DNA of 64,000 bases from an uncultured Poribacteria bacterium (GTDB lineage Bacteria > Poribacteria > WGA-4E > WGA-3G): NCBI GenBank assembly GCA_958296135.2, contig CATQHZ020000001.1:3712001-3776000 (forward strand), written 5' to 3'. The translations under genes were made by a program, and so were the position numbers. Below are positions 39,782 to 50,137 of the stretch, piece by piece; the first letter of the stretch is position 1, and the number at the start of each line of letters is the position of its first letter. Below the pieces are notes generated by a model that made no database searches, was not told the origin of the DNA, and saw nothing but the letters and a program-made list of their open reading frames with translations.

Positions 39782-42700
39782 ATGATGCTCAGCATCAAAC
39801 CCACGCACAAACCGATAACAACCTATTACGCCGAACTCGGACAGTATACGAGCCTCGGCGCACAACACGAGGGAGCCGTCCGCGTCGCCTTCCAAAACCT
39901 GCTGCAACACTATTGCGGACAACGCACGCTCACGCTGATATGCGAGCAGACGCGCACCACCCCTAACGGAAACCAGATTCGCATTGATGGCGAAATCGTC
40001 ACCGACTTCGGCTTAGTCTTCGGGCATTGGGAAGCGAAAGACTTGCTCGATGAGCTCCCCGCCGAAGTGCAACACAAGTTGACAACGGGCTATCCTGCCA
40101 AAAATATCATCTTCCAAACCCCGCACCGTGCGAGACTCTACCAAAACGGTTCGCTCGTGCTGGACTTGGACATCACCGAGCCGCGCCAGCTCGTCCAACT
40201 GCTCGAGACCTTCTTCGCCTACACCGAAGAAAACCTCGCCGACTGGGATGCAGCCGTGGACACTTTCCAAGATACCATCCCCGAGCTCGGCGCGAGACTC
40301 GAAGCACTCATCCAAACCGAACGCCAAAATACGCCCGACTTCCGCGAGGCGTTCGCGAACTTCCATCGCCAATGCCGAGACGCAATCAACCCTAACCTCG
40401 CCGAAACCGAAGTCGAACGGATGCTCGCGCAGCACCTCTTGACAGAACGCATCTTCCGCACCGTTTTTGATAACCCGGATTTCACGAATCGGAATATCAT
40501 CGCGCAAGAAATAGAAAAGGTGATTCGCGTGCTGACGCGGCACGCCTTGAATCGGAATCAGTTCCTCAACAGTCTTGATGGATTCTACGCCGCTGTGGAA
40601 AACACGGCGCGAACGCTGACAGACTATTCGCAGAAGCAGGCATTTCTCAATACCGTCTATCAACGCTTTTTTCAAGGGTTCTCTGTCAAAACCGCCGATA
40701 CACACGGCATCGTCTACACGCCGCAACCCATCGTCGATTTCATGGTGAACAGCGTGCAGCACCTCTTGAAAACCCACTTCGGCAAATCGCTGTCCGATAC
40801 AGGTGTCCATATCATCGATCCGTTTGTCGGCACCGGCAACTTCATCGTACGCCTGATGCAGGAAATCCCCGGCATCGCCCTAGACAAAAAGTATCGCGGC
40901 GAACTCCACTGCAACGAGGTGATGCTGCTGCCTTATTACATCGCCACGATGAACATCGAACACGCCTATTTCGAGAAAATGGGACGGTATGAGCCGTTCA
41001 AGCATATCTGTTTCGTTGACACGTTTGATACCTTCGGGCTCATGGACACGCCGCATCAGACAGGGCAGTTTGCCTTTCTCACGCAGGAAAACACGCTGCG
41101 CGTCAAAGAGCAGAAAGATACCCCGATGTTTGTCGTCATCGGCAATCCGCCATATAACGCGAGCCAGACTAACGAGAACGATAACAACAAGAACCGGCCC
41201 CACGAAGCAGTCGATGCGCGCGTCCGCGCTACCTATGCCGCTGCCTCCACGGCGCAACTGAAAAACAAACTCTACGATCCTTACGTCAAATCCCTCCGCT
41301 GGGCATCGGATAAAATCGGGGAAGAAGGCATCATCGCGTTTATCACGAACAACAGTTTTCTGGATGCGGCGATGTTCGATGGGATGCGGCAGTGTCTCGC
41401 CGAGGAATTCGACTGGCTCCACATCGTCGATCTGGGTGGGAACATCCGCAAGGGGCAAAAGGGAGATTCCAACGTGTTCGGCATTCAAGTCGGTGTCAGC
41501 ATCAATCTGTTGGTGAAGACAAAGGGCCCTCGGCAAGGGGCCGCGCACATTCTCTATAACGATGAAGCGGCTGAGTTGCCGAGAGAACAGACGTTCCAAT
41601 TTCTGGAGGAACGCGAGCACGTCGGCAATCTCAAGTGGCAGGAGATTCAGCCGAATGCACGCCAAATGTGGCTCACGGAGGGGCTCGAACCCGACTTTGA
41701 CACCTTCATCCCGATGGGCACCAAGAAAGCAAAGGCGGCGAAAGGCGATGTTGAAGGCACACTCTTTAAAACTTATAGTCTCGGCGTGGTGACGAACCGT
41801 GATGCATGGGTTTACAATTTTGACGCACGCGCCTTGACAGAGAATCTGTCTCGGATGATGGAGTTCTACAACGCGGAAACATCTCGGTGGCAGCGGCGAA
41901 CCGAGCGTGACATAAATGTCAGCGATTTTGTGAGTCAGGAGCGCACCCAAATCAAGTGGACAGACCGGCTGAAAGCGGCATTAAAAAAAGGAACGTTGGT
42001 GACGTTCGCGCCCGAGCAGATTCGCACGTCTCTCTATCGTCCGTTTACCAAATCGCACCTCTATTTTGACAGGTTGATGAACCAACGTGTCTATGTGATG
42101 CCCGCCATCTTCCCGACACCGGAGACCGAACAGGAAAATCGGGTTATCTGTGTGCCAAGCACCGGAGCACGCACGAACTTTTGGTGCTATGTAACAAACG
42201 TCCTCCCGAATTTGACGCTAACGGGAACGGACGGAAATCAGTGTTTTCCCTTTTACACCTACGACGAAGATGGCACCAACCGCCGAGAAAACATCACCGA
42301 CTGGGCTCTCGCACAGTTCCGGGCACACTACGCCGACGAGACTCTCTCCAAGTGGGACATTTTCCACTACAATTACGCGGTGCTGCATCATCCTGAGTAT
42401 CGCGAACGGTATCAGGTGAACTTGAAGCACGATTTGCCGCATCTCCCGTTCGCCCCAGAGTTCTGGGAGTTCGTGGAAATTGGGCGGCAACTGGCAGACT
42501 TGCACGTCAATTATGAAGCACTTGACGTGCTGCCAAACGTCGTTGAGACACCGGGCGTGCCGCTGAATTGGCGCGTGGCACAGATGAAGTTGTCAAAAGA
42601 CAAGACCGAGGTGCGCTACAACGAATCGTTGACGCTAGTGGATATTCCGCCGGCCGTGTTTGATTATCAGTTGGGGCGGCGTTCGGCATTGGAATGGGTC

Positions 42701-42892
42701 CTCGATCAGTATCGAGTGAAGTCGGATCCGAATGGTAGCGGTATTGTTGCGGATCCGAATCGTGTTGAGGATGCGCAATATATCGTTCGGTTGCTTGGGC
42801 AGGTGATGCGTGTGAGTGCGGAGACGGTGCGGTTGGTTGGGGAATTGCCGTCGCTGTTTCCGTCGGACGAAGAACGTCCTTCTTCACCGTAG
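39782..42892 (+). CDS. Single-polypeptide restriction-modification enzyme (Type ISP-like MTase-TRD with N-terminal nuclease, no helicase)
   Basis: RIDG...HWEAKD nuclease motif; GIVYTP, DPFVGTGNF, GNPPY; LlaBIII-type C-terminus (GVVTNRDAW, YRPF, SALEWVLDQY). Confidence 0.85.
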   Translation: MMLSIKPTHKPITTYYAELGQYTSLGAQHEGAVRVAFQNLLQHYCGQRTLTLICEQTRTTPNGNQIRIDGEIVTDFGLVFGHWEAKDLLDELPAEVQHKLTTGYPAKNIIFQTPHRARLYQNGSLVLDLDITEPRQLVQLLETFFAYTEENLADWDAAVDTFQDTIPELGARLEALIQTERQNTPDFREAFANFHRQCRDAINPNLAETEVERMLAQHLLTERIFRTVFDNPDFTNRNIIAQEIEKVIRVLTRHALNRNQFLNSLDGFYAAVENTARTLTDYSQKQAFLNTVYQRFFQGFSVKTADTHGIVYTPQPIVDFMVNSVQHLLKTHFGKSLSDTGVHIIDPFVGTGNFIVRLMQEIPGIALDKKYRGELHCNEVMLLPYYIATMNIEHAYFEKMGRYEPFKHICFVDTFDTFGLMDTPHQTGQFAFLTQENTLRVKEQKDTPMFVVIGNPPYNASQTNENDNNKNRPHEAVDARVRATYAAASTAQLKNKLYDPYVKSLRWASDKIGEEGIIAFITNNSFLDAAMFDGMRQCLAEEFDWLHIVDLGGNIRKGQKGDSNVFGIQVGVSINLLVKTKGPRQGAAHILYNDEAAELPREQTFQFLEEREHVGNLKWQEIQPNARQMWLTEGLEPDFDTFIPMGTKKAKAAKGDVEGTLFKTYSLGVVTNRDAWVYNFDARALTENLSRMMEFYNAETSRWQRRTERDINVSDFVSQERTQIKWTDRLKAALKKGTLVTFAPEQIRTSLYRPFTKSHLYFDRLMNQRVYVMPAIFPTPETEQENRVICVPSTGARTNFWCYVTNVLPNLTLTGTDGNQCFPFYTYDEDGTNRRENITDWALAQFRAHYADETLSKWDIFHYNYAVLHHPEYRERYQVNLKHDLPHLPFAPEFWEFVEIGRQLADLHVNYEALDVLPNVVETPGVPLNWRVAQMKLSKDKTEVRYNESLTLVDIPPAVFDYQLGRRSALEWVLDQYRVKSDPNGSGIVADPNRVEDAQYIVRLLGQVMRVSAETVRLVGELPSLFPSDEERPSSP

Positions 42893-43540
42893 GGCGAGGG
42901 CCTGTCCCTCGCCGTGCATCGGTCTATTGAACGTCACTTCTTCACCGTAGGGCGCGGTCCTGTGCCTCGCCATGTATCGATCTATCAAGAAACGATCGCG
43001 GCGGCCAGGCCACTACGGGACGAAGGACGATCGCGGGGGACAAGAACACCCCACTTCACCGTAGGGCGAGGGCCTGTCCCTCGCCATGTATCGGTCTATC
43101 AAGAAACGTTCGCGGCGGACAGGCCACTACGGGACGAAGGACGATCGCGGGGGACAGGCCCCCGCGCTACGGGCACCGGGGGGTTGTCTGATACCGTAGG
43201 GCGAGGGCCTGTGCCTCGCCAGGCATCGGGCCATCGAGAAACGTTCGCGGCGGACAAGAACACCCCACTTCACCGTAGGGCGAGGTCCTGTGCCTCGCCA
43301 GGCATCGGGCCATCAAGAAGCGTTCGCGGCGGACAAGAACACCCCACTTCACCGTAGGGCGAGGTCCTGTGCCTCGCCAGGCATCGGGCCATCGAGAAAC
43401 GTTCGCGGCGGACAGTGGACATCTCTGCAGCGAGGCTGCAGAGATGACAACGTTAAAGTAAGTAAGGTAGCGTGTTTACGCGGGGCGACACACGCACATT
43501 TTCTGTAGACGTGACCGTGACGGCCCCCGCGCTACGGGCC
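42885..43540. repeat. REP/REPIN tandem cluster, family B (GTAGGGCGAGGGCCTGTCCCTCGCC)
   Basis: At least six GTAG palindromes in ~78- and ~130-nt repeated units, plus inverted copies. Confidence 0.9.
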
Positions 43541-43580
43541 GAAAAACGTCACGCCGACAACCCTCATGGAGGAACTTGTC

Positions 43581-43817
43581 ATGAAAGAAACACGCCAAAA
43601 GTATCCGATCCCCGACTTCGATCCGGAGACTTACACAGACCCGATCCTCGAAGAATGCTACCAGATGAAACGGGAGTTCAGCGCGCAGTTCAAGGACCTT
43701 GATGAACTCCACGACTATTTGGTGGCACAAGGAAAAAAGCGGCGGAAAGAGGGCAAATGGAAATATGCCCCGCTGCCGCCGCACCTGACCGAGGATCCCG
43801 ACCCGGGGGAAGACTAG
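43581..43817 (+). CDS. Small hypothetical protein, paralog 1 (DPILEE..KRE motif, antitoxin-like)
   Basis: GGAGGA RBS; tandem paralog of 43912..44145. Confidence 0.7.
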   Translation: MKETRQKYPIPDFDPETYTDPILEECYQMKREFSAQFKDLDELHDYLVAQGKKRRKEGKWKYAPLPPHLTEDPDPGED

Positions 43818-43911
43818 CCCGGCTTGACGCAGATCCACCGCGTTGTCGCGGCGGCAGGGTTGTCGGCCTGTCATCATCTGCACGCCGACAACCCTCATGG
43901 AGGAACTTGTC

Positions 43912-44145
43912 ATGAAAGAAATACAACAAAAGTATCCGATCCCCGATTTCGATCCGGAGACTTACACAGACCCAATTCTCGAAGAATGCTATCGGATAAA
44001 GCGGGAGTATAGCGAGGAACTCAAGAACATTGAAGACCTCGAGGCGTATTTCATAGCCCGAGAGATAGAAAATCGGAAGAAAGGCCACAAATATCTCCCG
44101 ATTCCGCCAAACTTGGCGCGCTATCCTCATCAGGAGGAAGACTAA
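43912..44145 (+). CDS. Small hypothetical protein, paralog 2
   Basis: Same upstream ~30 nt and N-terminus QKYPIPDFDPETYTDPILEECY. Confidence 0.7.
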   Translation: MKEIQQKYPIPDFDPETYTDPILEECYRIKREYSEELKNIEDLEAYFIAREIENRKKGHKYLPIPPNLARYPHQEED

Positions 44146-44220
44146 CCCCCGCGTCGTCGCGGCGGATAGAGACATCCGTCCTTACATCTGACCTGCACTA
44201 CAGAGGCAAGACGCATCAAC

Positions 44221-47200
44221 CTAAGGGCTCCACCGCAGATCCAAGGTATACGGATACTCCGGATTAACATCATCGGGCGGCACATCTGCCGGGCCTACCT
44301 CCGAACCACCGGCCACAAACTGCCCCGAGGCAGGCAGCGCAGGCCGCTGTTCAACAACCCCCGGGGTATGCCCTTCGCCGGTAAACCGACTCACCCGTCG
44401 CGATTCCGCCTCGTAAGCGTTTACCGGCAATGTCTCATAATGGCGCCCACCGGGATGAGAGACATGATAGGTGCAGCCACCAATCGCGCGCCCATGCCAC
44501 GTGTCAATCACGTCAAACACGAGCGGCGAGTGAATGCCAATAGTCGGATGCAGTGCTGATGGCGGCTGCCACGCCCGATACCGCACCGCCCCGACGTATT
44601 CGCCATGCGTGCCAGTACTGTGCAGCACCAAACGCTGTCCATTACACGTAACCGCATAACGAGAATCTGTCAATCCGCGCAATTTCACCTGCAGCCGTTC
44701 AACCGACGAATCCACGAAACGCGAAGTGCCAACACGGGCGATCTCCTCGCCAAGCACATGCCAGGGCTCAATCGCCATCCGTAATTCCAAGGCTATCTCG
44801 CGGATGCTTACCGTGCCTAACTTTGGAAAGCGGAATTCAAAAAACGGAGCAAGCCACGCCATGTCAAACCGATACCCAGCCGCTTGCAACTCCGCGACGA
44901 CTTCCTCCATGTCCGCCTTGACATAGTGGTGTAGCATGAACCGGTCGTGCAATTCCGTTCCCCAGCGCACTAGTTCCCCGGTGTAAGGCGTGCTCCAAAA
45001 CCGCGCAATCAGCGCACGGATAAGGAGCATCTGCACCACGCTCATCTGTGCGTGCGGGGGCATCTCAAATGCACGCAGTTCCAGTAACCCAAGCCGCCCG
45101 CTCGCTGAATCCGGCGCATACAACTTATCAATGCAAAATTCCGCCCGGTGCGTGTTGCCCGTCAAATCTACTAGCAAATGCCGCAGCAACCTATCCGCAA
45201 GCCAGAGCGGCGGTTCTTCTACGGTTTGCAACCCCGCTGCTTTATCCGGAATCTGCTGAAACGCCACCTCCAATTCATACAATTGTTCATCGCGCCCCTC
45301 ATCAACGCGCGGTGCTTGACTCGTCGGCCCGATGAACGTCCCAGAAAACAGATAAGACAACCCCGGGTGATGCTGCCAATACGTAATGAGGCTCCGCAGC
45401 AAATCAGGGCGCCGCAACAACGGACTATCCGCCGGTGTCGGCCCACCGATGACGATGTGATTGCCGCCGCCTGTCCCCGTGTGCCGCCCATCCAGCATAA
45501 ACTTCTCTGCACTCAACCCCACCTGCCGCGCAGCTTCATAAAGCGTCGTGATATTATGAACGAGTTGATGCCAATTCTCCGCAGGCTGAATGTTCACCTC
45601 CACTACGCCCGGGTCGGGTGCAACGCTAAGCAACTGAATCCGCCAATCCTGCGGTACCTCATACCCTTCTAAAATGACAGGGATGGCTAACGCCTCGGCT
45701 GTCGTCTCAACCGCAGCAAGGAGCGACAGATAATGTTCAAGATGCGTCAGAGGTGGCATGAAAACGTGCAACCGTCCCTCGCGCGGCTCAATACACACCG
45801 CGGTTTGAAAAACCTTTTTTTCCGAATCACTCTGGCCCTCGTCGGCACGGTTTTCAACCGCGCTCTCTTCTGGTTCCCGATTGCCAATCGCGTCCTCTAT
45901 CTGCTGTGTGAGTGCCGCCCGCGCCTCCAACGGATCCCGTTCATAAATCTGCTCCTGCTCTTCAGACAGCGATTCAAGCGGCAGCCGATACCCCATCGGC
46001 GAATTGCCCGGCACCAAATACATCCGACTCTCTCTGAATTCCCACGCGCAACTCGCCCATCGCTCATCCTCCCATCGCAACGGTAACGCATAGCCGACCG
46101 GCTCACCGAGACTCTCCTCTCGTAGCAACTGCGCCAACCGCCGCCTCTCCGATGCCTCTTTAAAATTGAATTCAAGGGGATTGACGTTGACCGGCAGCTT
46201 GCTCTCTGTCCACAGAAAAAAGAGGCTGTCCTCATACCCCGGAGAAATATGCGAGCCATTAACACCCAAAACCGTCGCGAGGTGGCGCAAAAACCGTTCC
46301 GCATGTTCGCGCGTGAAGCCGTAATTCTTCTGCGGTTCAGCAAGCAACTTATCGTTTTTCCAAATAGGGATACCATCTTTCCGCCAAAAACACCCGAATT
46401 TCCAGCGCGGCAGCGGTTCACCGGGATACCATTTCCCTTGTCCATAAGTCAGCGCGCCGCCCGGTCCAAAACTTTCGCGCAGCCGCTTCAGCAACTGCAT
46501 GGCAAGTTGCTGCTTTTCTGGGCTGTCCGCTTTGGTATCCCACTCAGCACCCTCCGCAGGCTCGGTATCCAAGCGCGCATCCTCTCCCGTAGGCGCGGTC
46601 TCCAAGCGCGCATCCTTCACAAAAGTCGGCTCTCCTCCCATCGTCAACCGAATATCCTCGCGCATTATCACCTCATCAACGTGCTCTCCGAGCGCGCAGA
46701 TCTCCTGCCACTGCGTCTGCGTGTAAGGTTTCGTAACGCGCGGGTCCTCGTGAATCCGATGCACCGTGTTGCGATACGTAAATTCGGTCTCGCACTTTCC
46801 CGTGGTGCCGGTGACAGGTGCTGCACTCACCGGTTCTGGCACGCACGCCAACGGGATATGTCCCTCACTCGCCAACAAGCCGGAAGTCGGATCGAGGCCT
46901 ATCCATCCCGCGCCCGGCGCGTAAACCTCGCACCACGCATGCAAATCGGTGAAATCCCGCGCGGTCCCGGCAGGGCCCTCAATCGGCTTCTGATCTGCAA
47001 CAAGCTGCACGAGGTACCCAGAGACAAACCGTGCCGCTAACCCCAAGTGCCGCAGCATCTGAACGAGCAACCACCCGGTATCCCGACAAGAGCCAGTCCC
47101 TCTCTCCAACGTCTCCTCACAAGCTCGAATGCCCGGCTCCATCCGAATGGTATATTTTATCTCCTCAGCAAGGCGACGATTGACCTCAACCAGAAAATCA

Positions 47201-47631
47201 ATTAATTTAGTGCCACTCTCCCGGTAGCGAATGTTTGCCAACCGCTCCATCAACCGCGGGCCACTCTCCTTCACTTCGAGAAAAGGTGCCAACTCTTTTT
47301 GAAGTTGCGCCTCATAGCAAAACGGATAACGCTCGGCACTCGCCTCAAGGAAAAAATCAAACGCGTTAATCGGTGTCATGTCGGCAACCAGAGCTACCTC
47401 AACAGACAGGGTGCGAGTTGGCTCCGGAAAAATGACGCGCGCCTGATAATTTCCAAACGGATCTTGCTGCCAATTGATGAAATGTTCTTCCGGCTTAATT
47501 TTCAGCGAATACGCTTCAATCGGCGTTCGGCAATGCGCCGCAGGCTTCAACCGAAAAATATGCGGCGACAGCATCACCGTCCGGTCATAGCGATATTCAG
47601 AAAGATGGTGGATTGCTACATGAATTGCCAT
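44221..47631 (-). CDS. Transglutaminase-like protein fused to DUF2126 (putative amidoligase)
   Basis: GSCRD, DLHAW, DPTSG, LTMGGEPTF, GTGGGNH, GPTSQAPR, HRAEFCIDK motifs. Confidence 0.93.
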   Translation of the reverse strand: MAIHVAIHHLSEYRYDRTVMLSPHIFRLKPAAHCRTPIEAYSLKIKPEEHFINWQQDPFGNYQARVIFPEPTRTLSVEVALVADMTPINAFDFFLEASAERYPFCYEAQLQKELAPFLEVKESGPRLMERLANIRYRESGTKLIDFLVEVNRRLAEEIKYTIRMEPGIRACEETLERGTGSCRDTGWLLVQMLRHLGLAARFVSGYLVQLVADQKPIEGPAGTARDFTDLHAWCEVYAPGAGWIGLDPTSGLLASEGHIPLACVPEPVSAAPVTGTTGKCETEFTYRNTVHRIHEDPRVTKPYTQTQWQEICALGEHVDEVIMREDIRLTMGGEPTFVKDARLETAPTGEDARLDTEPAEGAEWDTKADSPEKQQLAMQLLKRLRESFGPGGALTYGQGKWYPGEPLPRWKFGCFWRKDGIPIWKNDKLLAEPQKNYGFTREHAERFLRHLATVLGVNGSHISPGYEDSLFFLWTESKLPVNVNPLEFNFKEASERRRLAQLLREESLGEPVGYALPLRWEDERWASCAWEFRESRMYLVPGNSPMGYRLPLESLSEEQEQIYERDPLEARAALTQQIEDAIGNREPEESAVENRADEGQSDSEKKVFQTAVCIEPREGRLHVFMPPLTHLEHYLSLLAAVETTAEALAIPVILEGYEVPQDWRIQLLSVAPDPGVVEVNIQPAENWHQLVHNITTLYEAARQVGLSAEKFMLDGRHTGTGGGNHIVIGGPTPADSPLLRRPDLLRSLITYWQHHPGLSYLFSGTFIGPTSQAPRVDEGRDEQLYELEVAFQQIPDKAAGLQTVEEPPLWLADRLLRHLLVDLTGNTHRAEFCIDKLYAPDSASGRLGLLELRAFEMPPHAQMSVVQMLLIRALIARFWSTPYTGELVRWGTELHDRFMLHHYVKADMEEVVAELQAAGYRFDMAWLAPFFEFRFPKLGTVSIREIALELRMAIEPWHVLGEEIARVGTSRFVDSSVERLQVKLRGLTDSRYAVTCNGQRLVLHSTGTHGEYVGAVRYRAWQPPSALHPTIGIHSPLVFDVIDTWHGRAIGGCTYHVSHPGGRHYETLPVNAYEAESRRVSRFTGEGHTPGVVEQRPALPASGQFVAGGSEVGPADVPPDDVNPEYPYTLDLRWSP

Positions 47632-47658
47632 TTTTGATATATCTGTCTCCTCGCGCGG

Positions 47659-48648
47659 CTAGTTATATTGACTTTGAACCTGTCCATTCGCCGCCGCGTC
47701 CTCAACGGGCCGCAGCGCAAAGAACATTTCATGAATATCCGCTCCAACGAGGTTGAGCTTCGTCTGGAATGCATCCAGAAACTCATGCAACCCGCTGGAG
47801 AGCACCTGCTTCACTTGTGCATAAGCAAATTCAGAACGGAGCTGCCCCAATCGCTGCTCTGCCGGGTTCGAGAACGTCTCCAAGGGCGTGCCAGAAATGG
47901 CGTGTAGGGATTCCTCGGCCCTGGAGAGGCAGTGTAGCACGGAGCGCGGAAATTCCCGGTCCAGCAACAAAAACTTGACGACCGGCGTCGGCGAGATGAG
48001 TCCGTAGGTGCGGCGATACATTTCAAACGCGCTTGCAGAATGCAACAGCGCACCCCACTGAATATCATCAAATGAGGTATCGATGTGCCAGACAGATGGC
48101 AAGAGAATGAAGTACTTCACATCAACGATGCGCGAGGTTTTGTCGGCCCGCTCAATCAACCGGCCAAGGCGGCAGAAGTGCCACCCCTCGCTGTGCGACA
48201 TGCTGTTATCTGTCAACCCTATAAACAGATGGGATGCCATTTTGATGTCACTGAAAAATTCATGAGGCTCCGCCATCGCCCACTCCTCCGCCGTCTCCAT
48301 CACCGTCAAATAGGCAAGATTGAGCTGCTCCCACATCTCCGATGAGATATTCTCACGGATAGAACGCGCATTCTCCCGTGCTGCGCGTAGGCAGGAGATA
48401 ATTGAGTTTGGATTTTTGGTGTCAAACGTGAGAAACCGAATCACCGCCTCCTGCGATGCTTCGCCGTATCGTTCGGCGAATACCTCATCGTCGCCTGTCG
48501 TGGCGACCAGGGGCTGCCACTGTGTCTCCATCCCCACAGGCAAATCCAGCATGAGGTGCAGATTCACATCCACAAACCGCGCAACGTTCTCCGCGCGCTC
48601 AATGTAGCGGCTCATCCAATAAATCGATTCTGCTACGCGACTCAGCAT
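47659..48648 (-). CDS. Alpha-E domain protein (DUF403)
   Basis: MLSRVAESIYWMSRYIERAEN, ARENARSIRE, GRLIERADKTSR. Confidence 0.93.
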   Translation of the reverse strand: MLSRVAESIYWMSRYIERAENVARFVDVNLHLMLDLPVGMETQWQPLVATTGDDEVFAERYGEASQEAVIRFLTFDTKNPNSIISCLRAARENARSIRENISSEMWEQLNLAYLTVMETAEEWAMAEPHEFFSDIKMASHLFIGLTDNSMSHSEGWHFCRLGRLIERADKTSRIVDVKYFILLPSVWHIDTSFDDIQWGALLHSASAFEMYRRTYGLISPTPVVKFLLLDREFPRSVLHCLSRAEESLHAISGTPLETFSNPAEQRLGQLRSEFAYAQVKQVLSSGLHEFLDAFQTKLNLVGADIHEMFFALRPVEDAAANGQVQSQYN

Positions 48649-48657
48649 AATCCTATT

Positions 48658-50135
48658 CCGCTCCCTAGAACTTATGATACTCTGGACAAATCTATCCTAA
48701 TCTGACCTGTCCTCTTATCTGTCGTAGTTGCTGTTTCAACGCGGCTTGCCTCCGAGTGAGGTCTTATAGTCGCTCCGCAGCCGTTTTACCTCTCCGTCAA
48801 GCTCGCGGCGAGGTTTCTTAAATTATGCGCGGCATTCAAGTCGCGGTCGATGACCACGCCACATGCCTCGCAGTGATATGTCCGCTCCGAAAGGGACAAC
48901 TTCGTCTTCTTATTCCCGCAAGCACTGCACGTCTTCGATGACGGGAAGTTCAACGGTGCTTCGATAATCTCAACGCCGTGTGCCTCTGCCTTATACCGAA
49001 GCATCGTCAGGAAACCACTTAATGACGCATCGCTCAACGCCTTTGCAAGACGGCGGTTTTTCAACAAGCCTGCTACGCGTAGACGCTCGATGCCGAGAAC
49101 GTCAGCCGCTTTCACAATCGCTGTGCTGGTTTTCCTTGTGATGGGCATCCTCACGGAGACAGCAGATACGATAGTGACTCTTCTGAACGCGGAACTGCTT
49201 CCGATACCAGTTTCTGCTTCGGTAAACCGAACGAGATAGCTGACGCTGCGCACGCCGCAACTTCCGTAGATAGCGGTAGAGTGCCTTCGGGTTTTCAAAC
49301 TCAACACCATCGGATGTCACAGCAAGTGTCTTGATGCCAACATCAACACCAACTACCCGCATAGGAACCGCCTCAGAACGCACCCGTGGCGCACTGTCGG
49401 AAACCACCTTCACGAGAAACGATAGAAACCACCTTCACGAGAACCGATAGAAACCACCTGCCTGCACGTTTTGAGACGACACACCGACGAATCTCGCCAC
49501 GCCAACGCAACTTCTCGCGCAGGCGAACCCAGCCAATCTTCGGAAGGTTGACACGCTTTTTCTCTACCTTCACCGTGCCTGCGCCGTTGTCAGCTTGGTA
49601 GGAACTCCTACCAGATCGGTTCTTATAGCGCGGGAAACGGTTTTGTTTAGATATCCAGCGTTTCACTGCATCACCGAGATTGCAAATCCCATTCTTCGAT
49701 GCATTTTGACTGAGCTCGCGGCACCACGGATAGCGTTCATCTTTCACGGCGTTGAACCGTTTGCGCAAGTCCCTATCGGATAGGAATTCATCGCGATCGA
49801 GTGCCGCCTTGAATTCCGAGAGCGCATGGTTACGTGCCACGCGGGCATAGCCGCAGTGCTTTGCAAGTAGCGTCGCCTGCTTATTATTCGGGTCCAACGC
49901 AATTAAATGCGCTTTCAATGCCATAGGCGTCACCGTTCGCCGTTGTTTTTCCTTCCTACTCAGGTAAGGTGGAGGTGAGAGACACGGCGGGATGCCGCGC
50001 TTAGTAGGGCTCACCTCCCAACGGTAACTACATTCTACCACAAATCCAAGCCGACTGCAAGTCAAAATGCACATCGATAGATTAGGGTAGGTTCTGCTAG
50101 ATTCTCATAGAGTTCTCGCCACTGCACCGAGCCCC
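48658..50135 (-). mobile_element. Non-autonomous IS607-family element (tnpB only)
   Basis: Left end GGGGCTCGGTGCAG plus AGAATCT/AGAACCT repeats, matching the 13814 element; right end with AGATT repeats finishing in GCGG; no tnpA. Confidence 0.8.
48786..49924 (-). pseudogene. tnpB: Frameshifted tnpB
   Basis: Three fragments (MALKAHLIALDPN.., GVDVGIKTLA, GIERL..DRDLNAA); a 25-nt tandem duplication at 49400-49449 and a second shift near 49130. Confidence 0.88.
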
Positions 50136-50137
50136 AT

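Noticed and set aside
42914-43508. ORFs in the REP cluster, also 60267..60683 and 21887..22433
   Set aside because: Composed of REP translations (VGRGPVPR, ETGRSLL) with no credible RBS.
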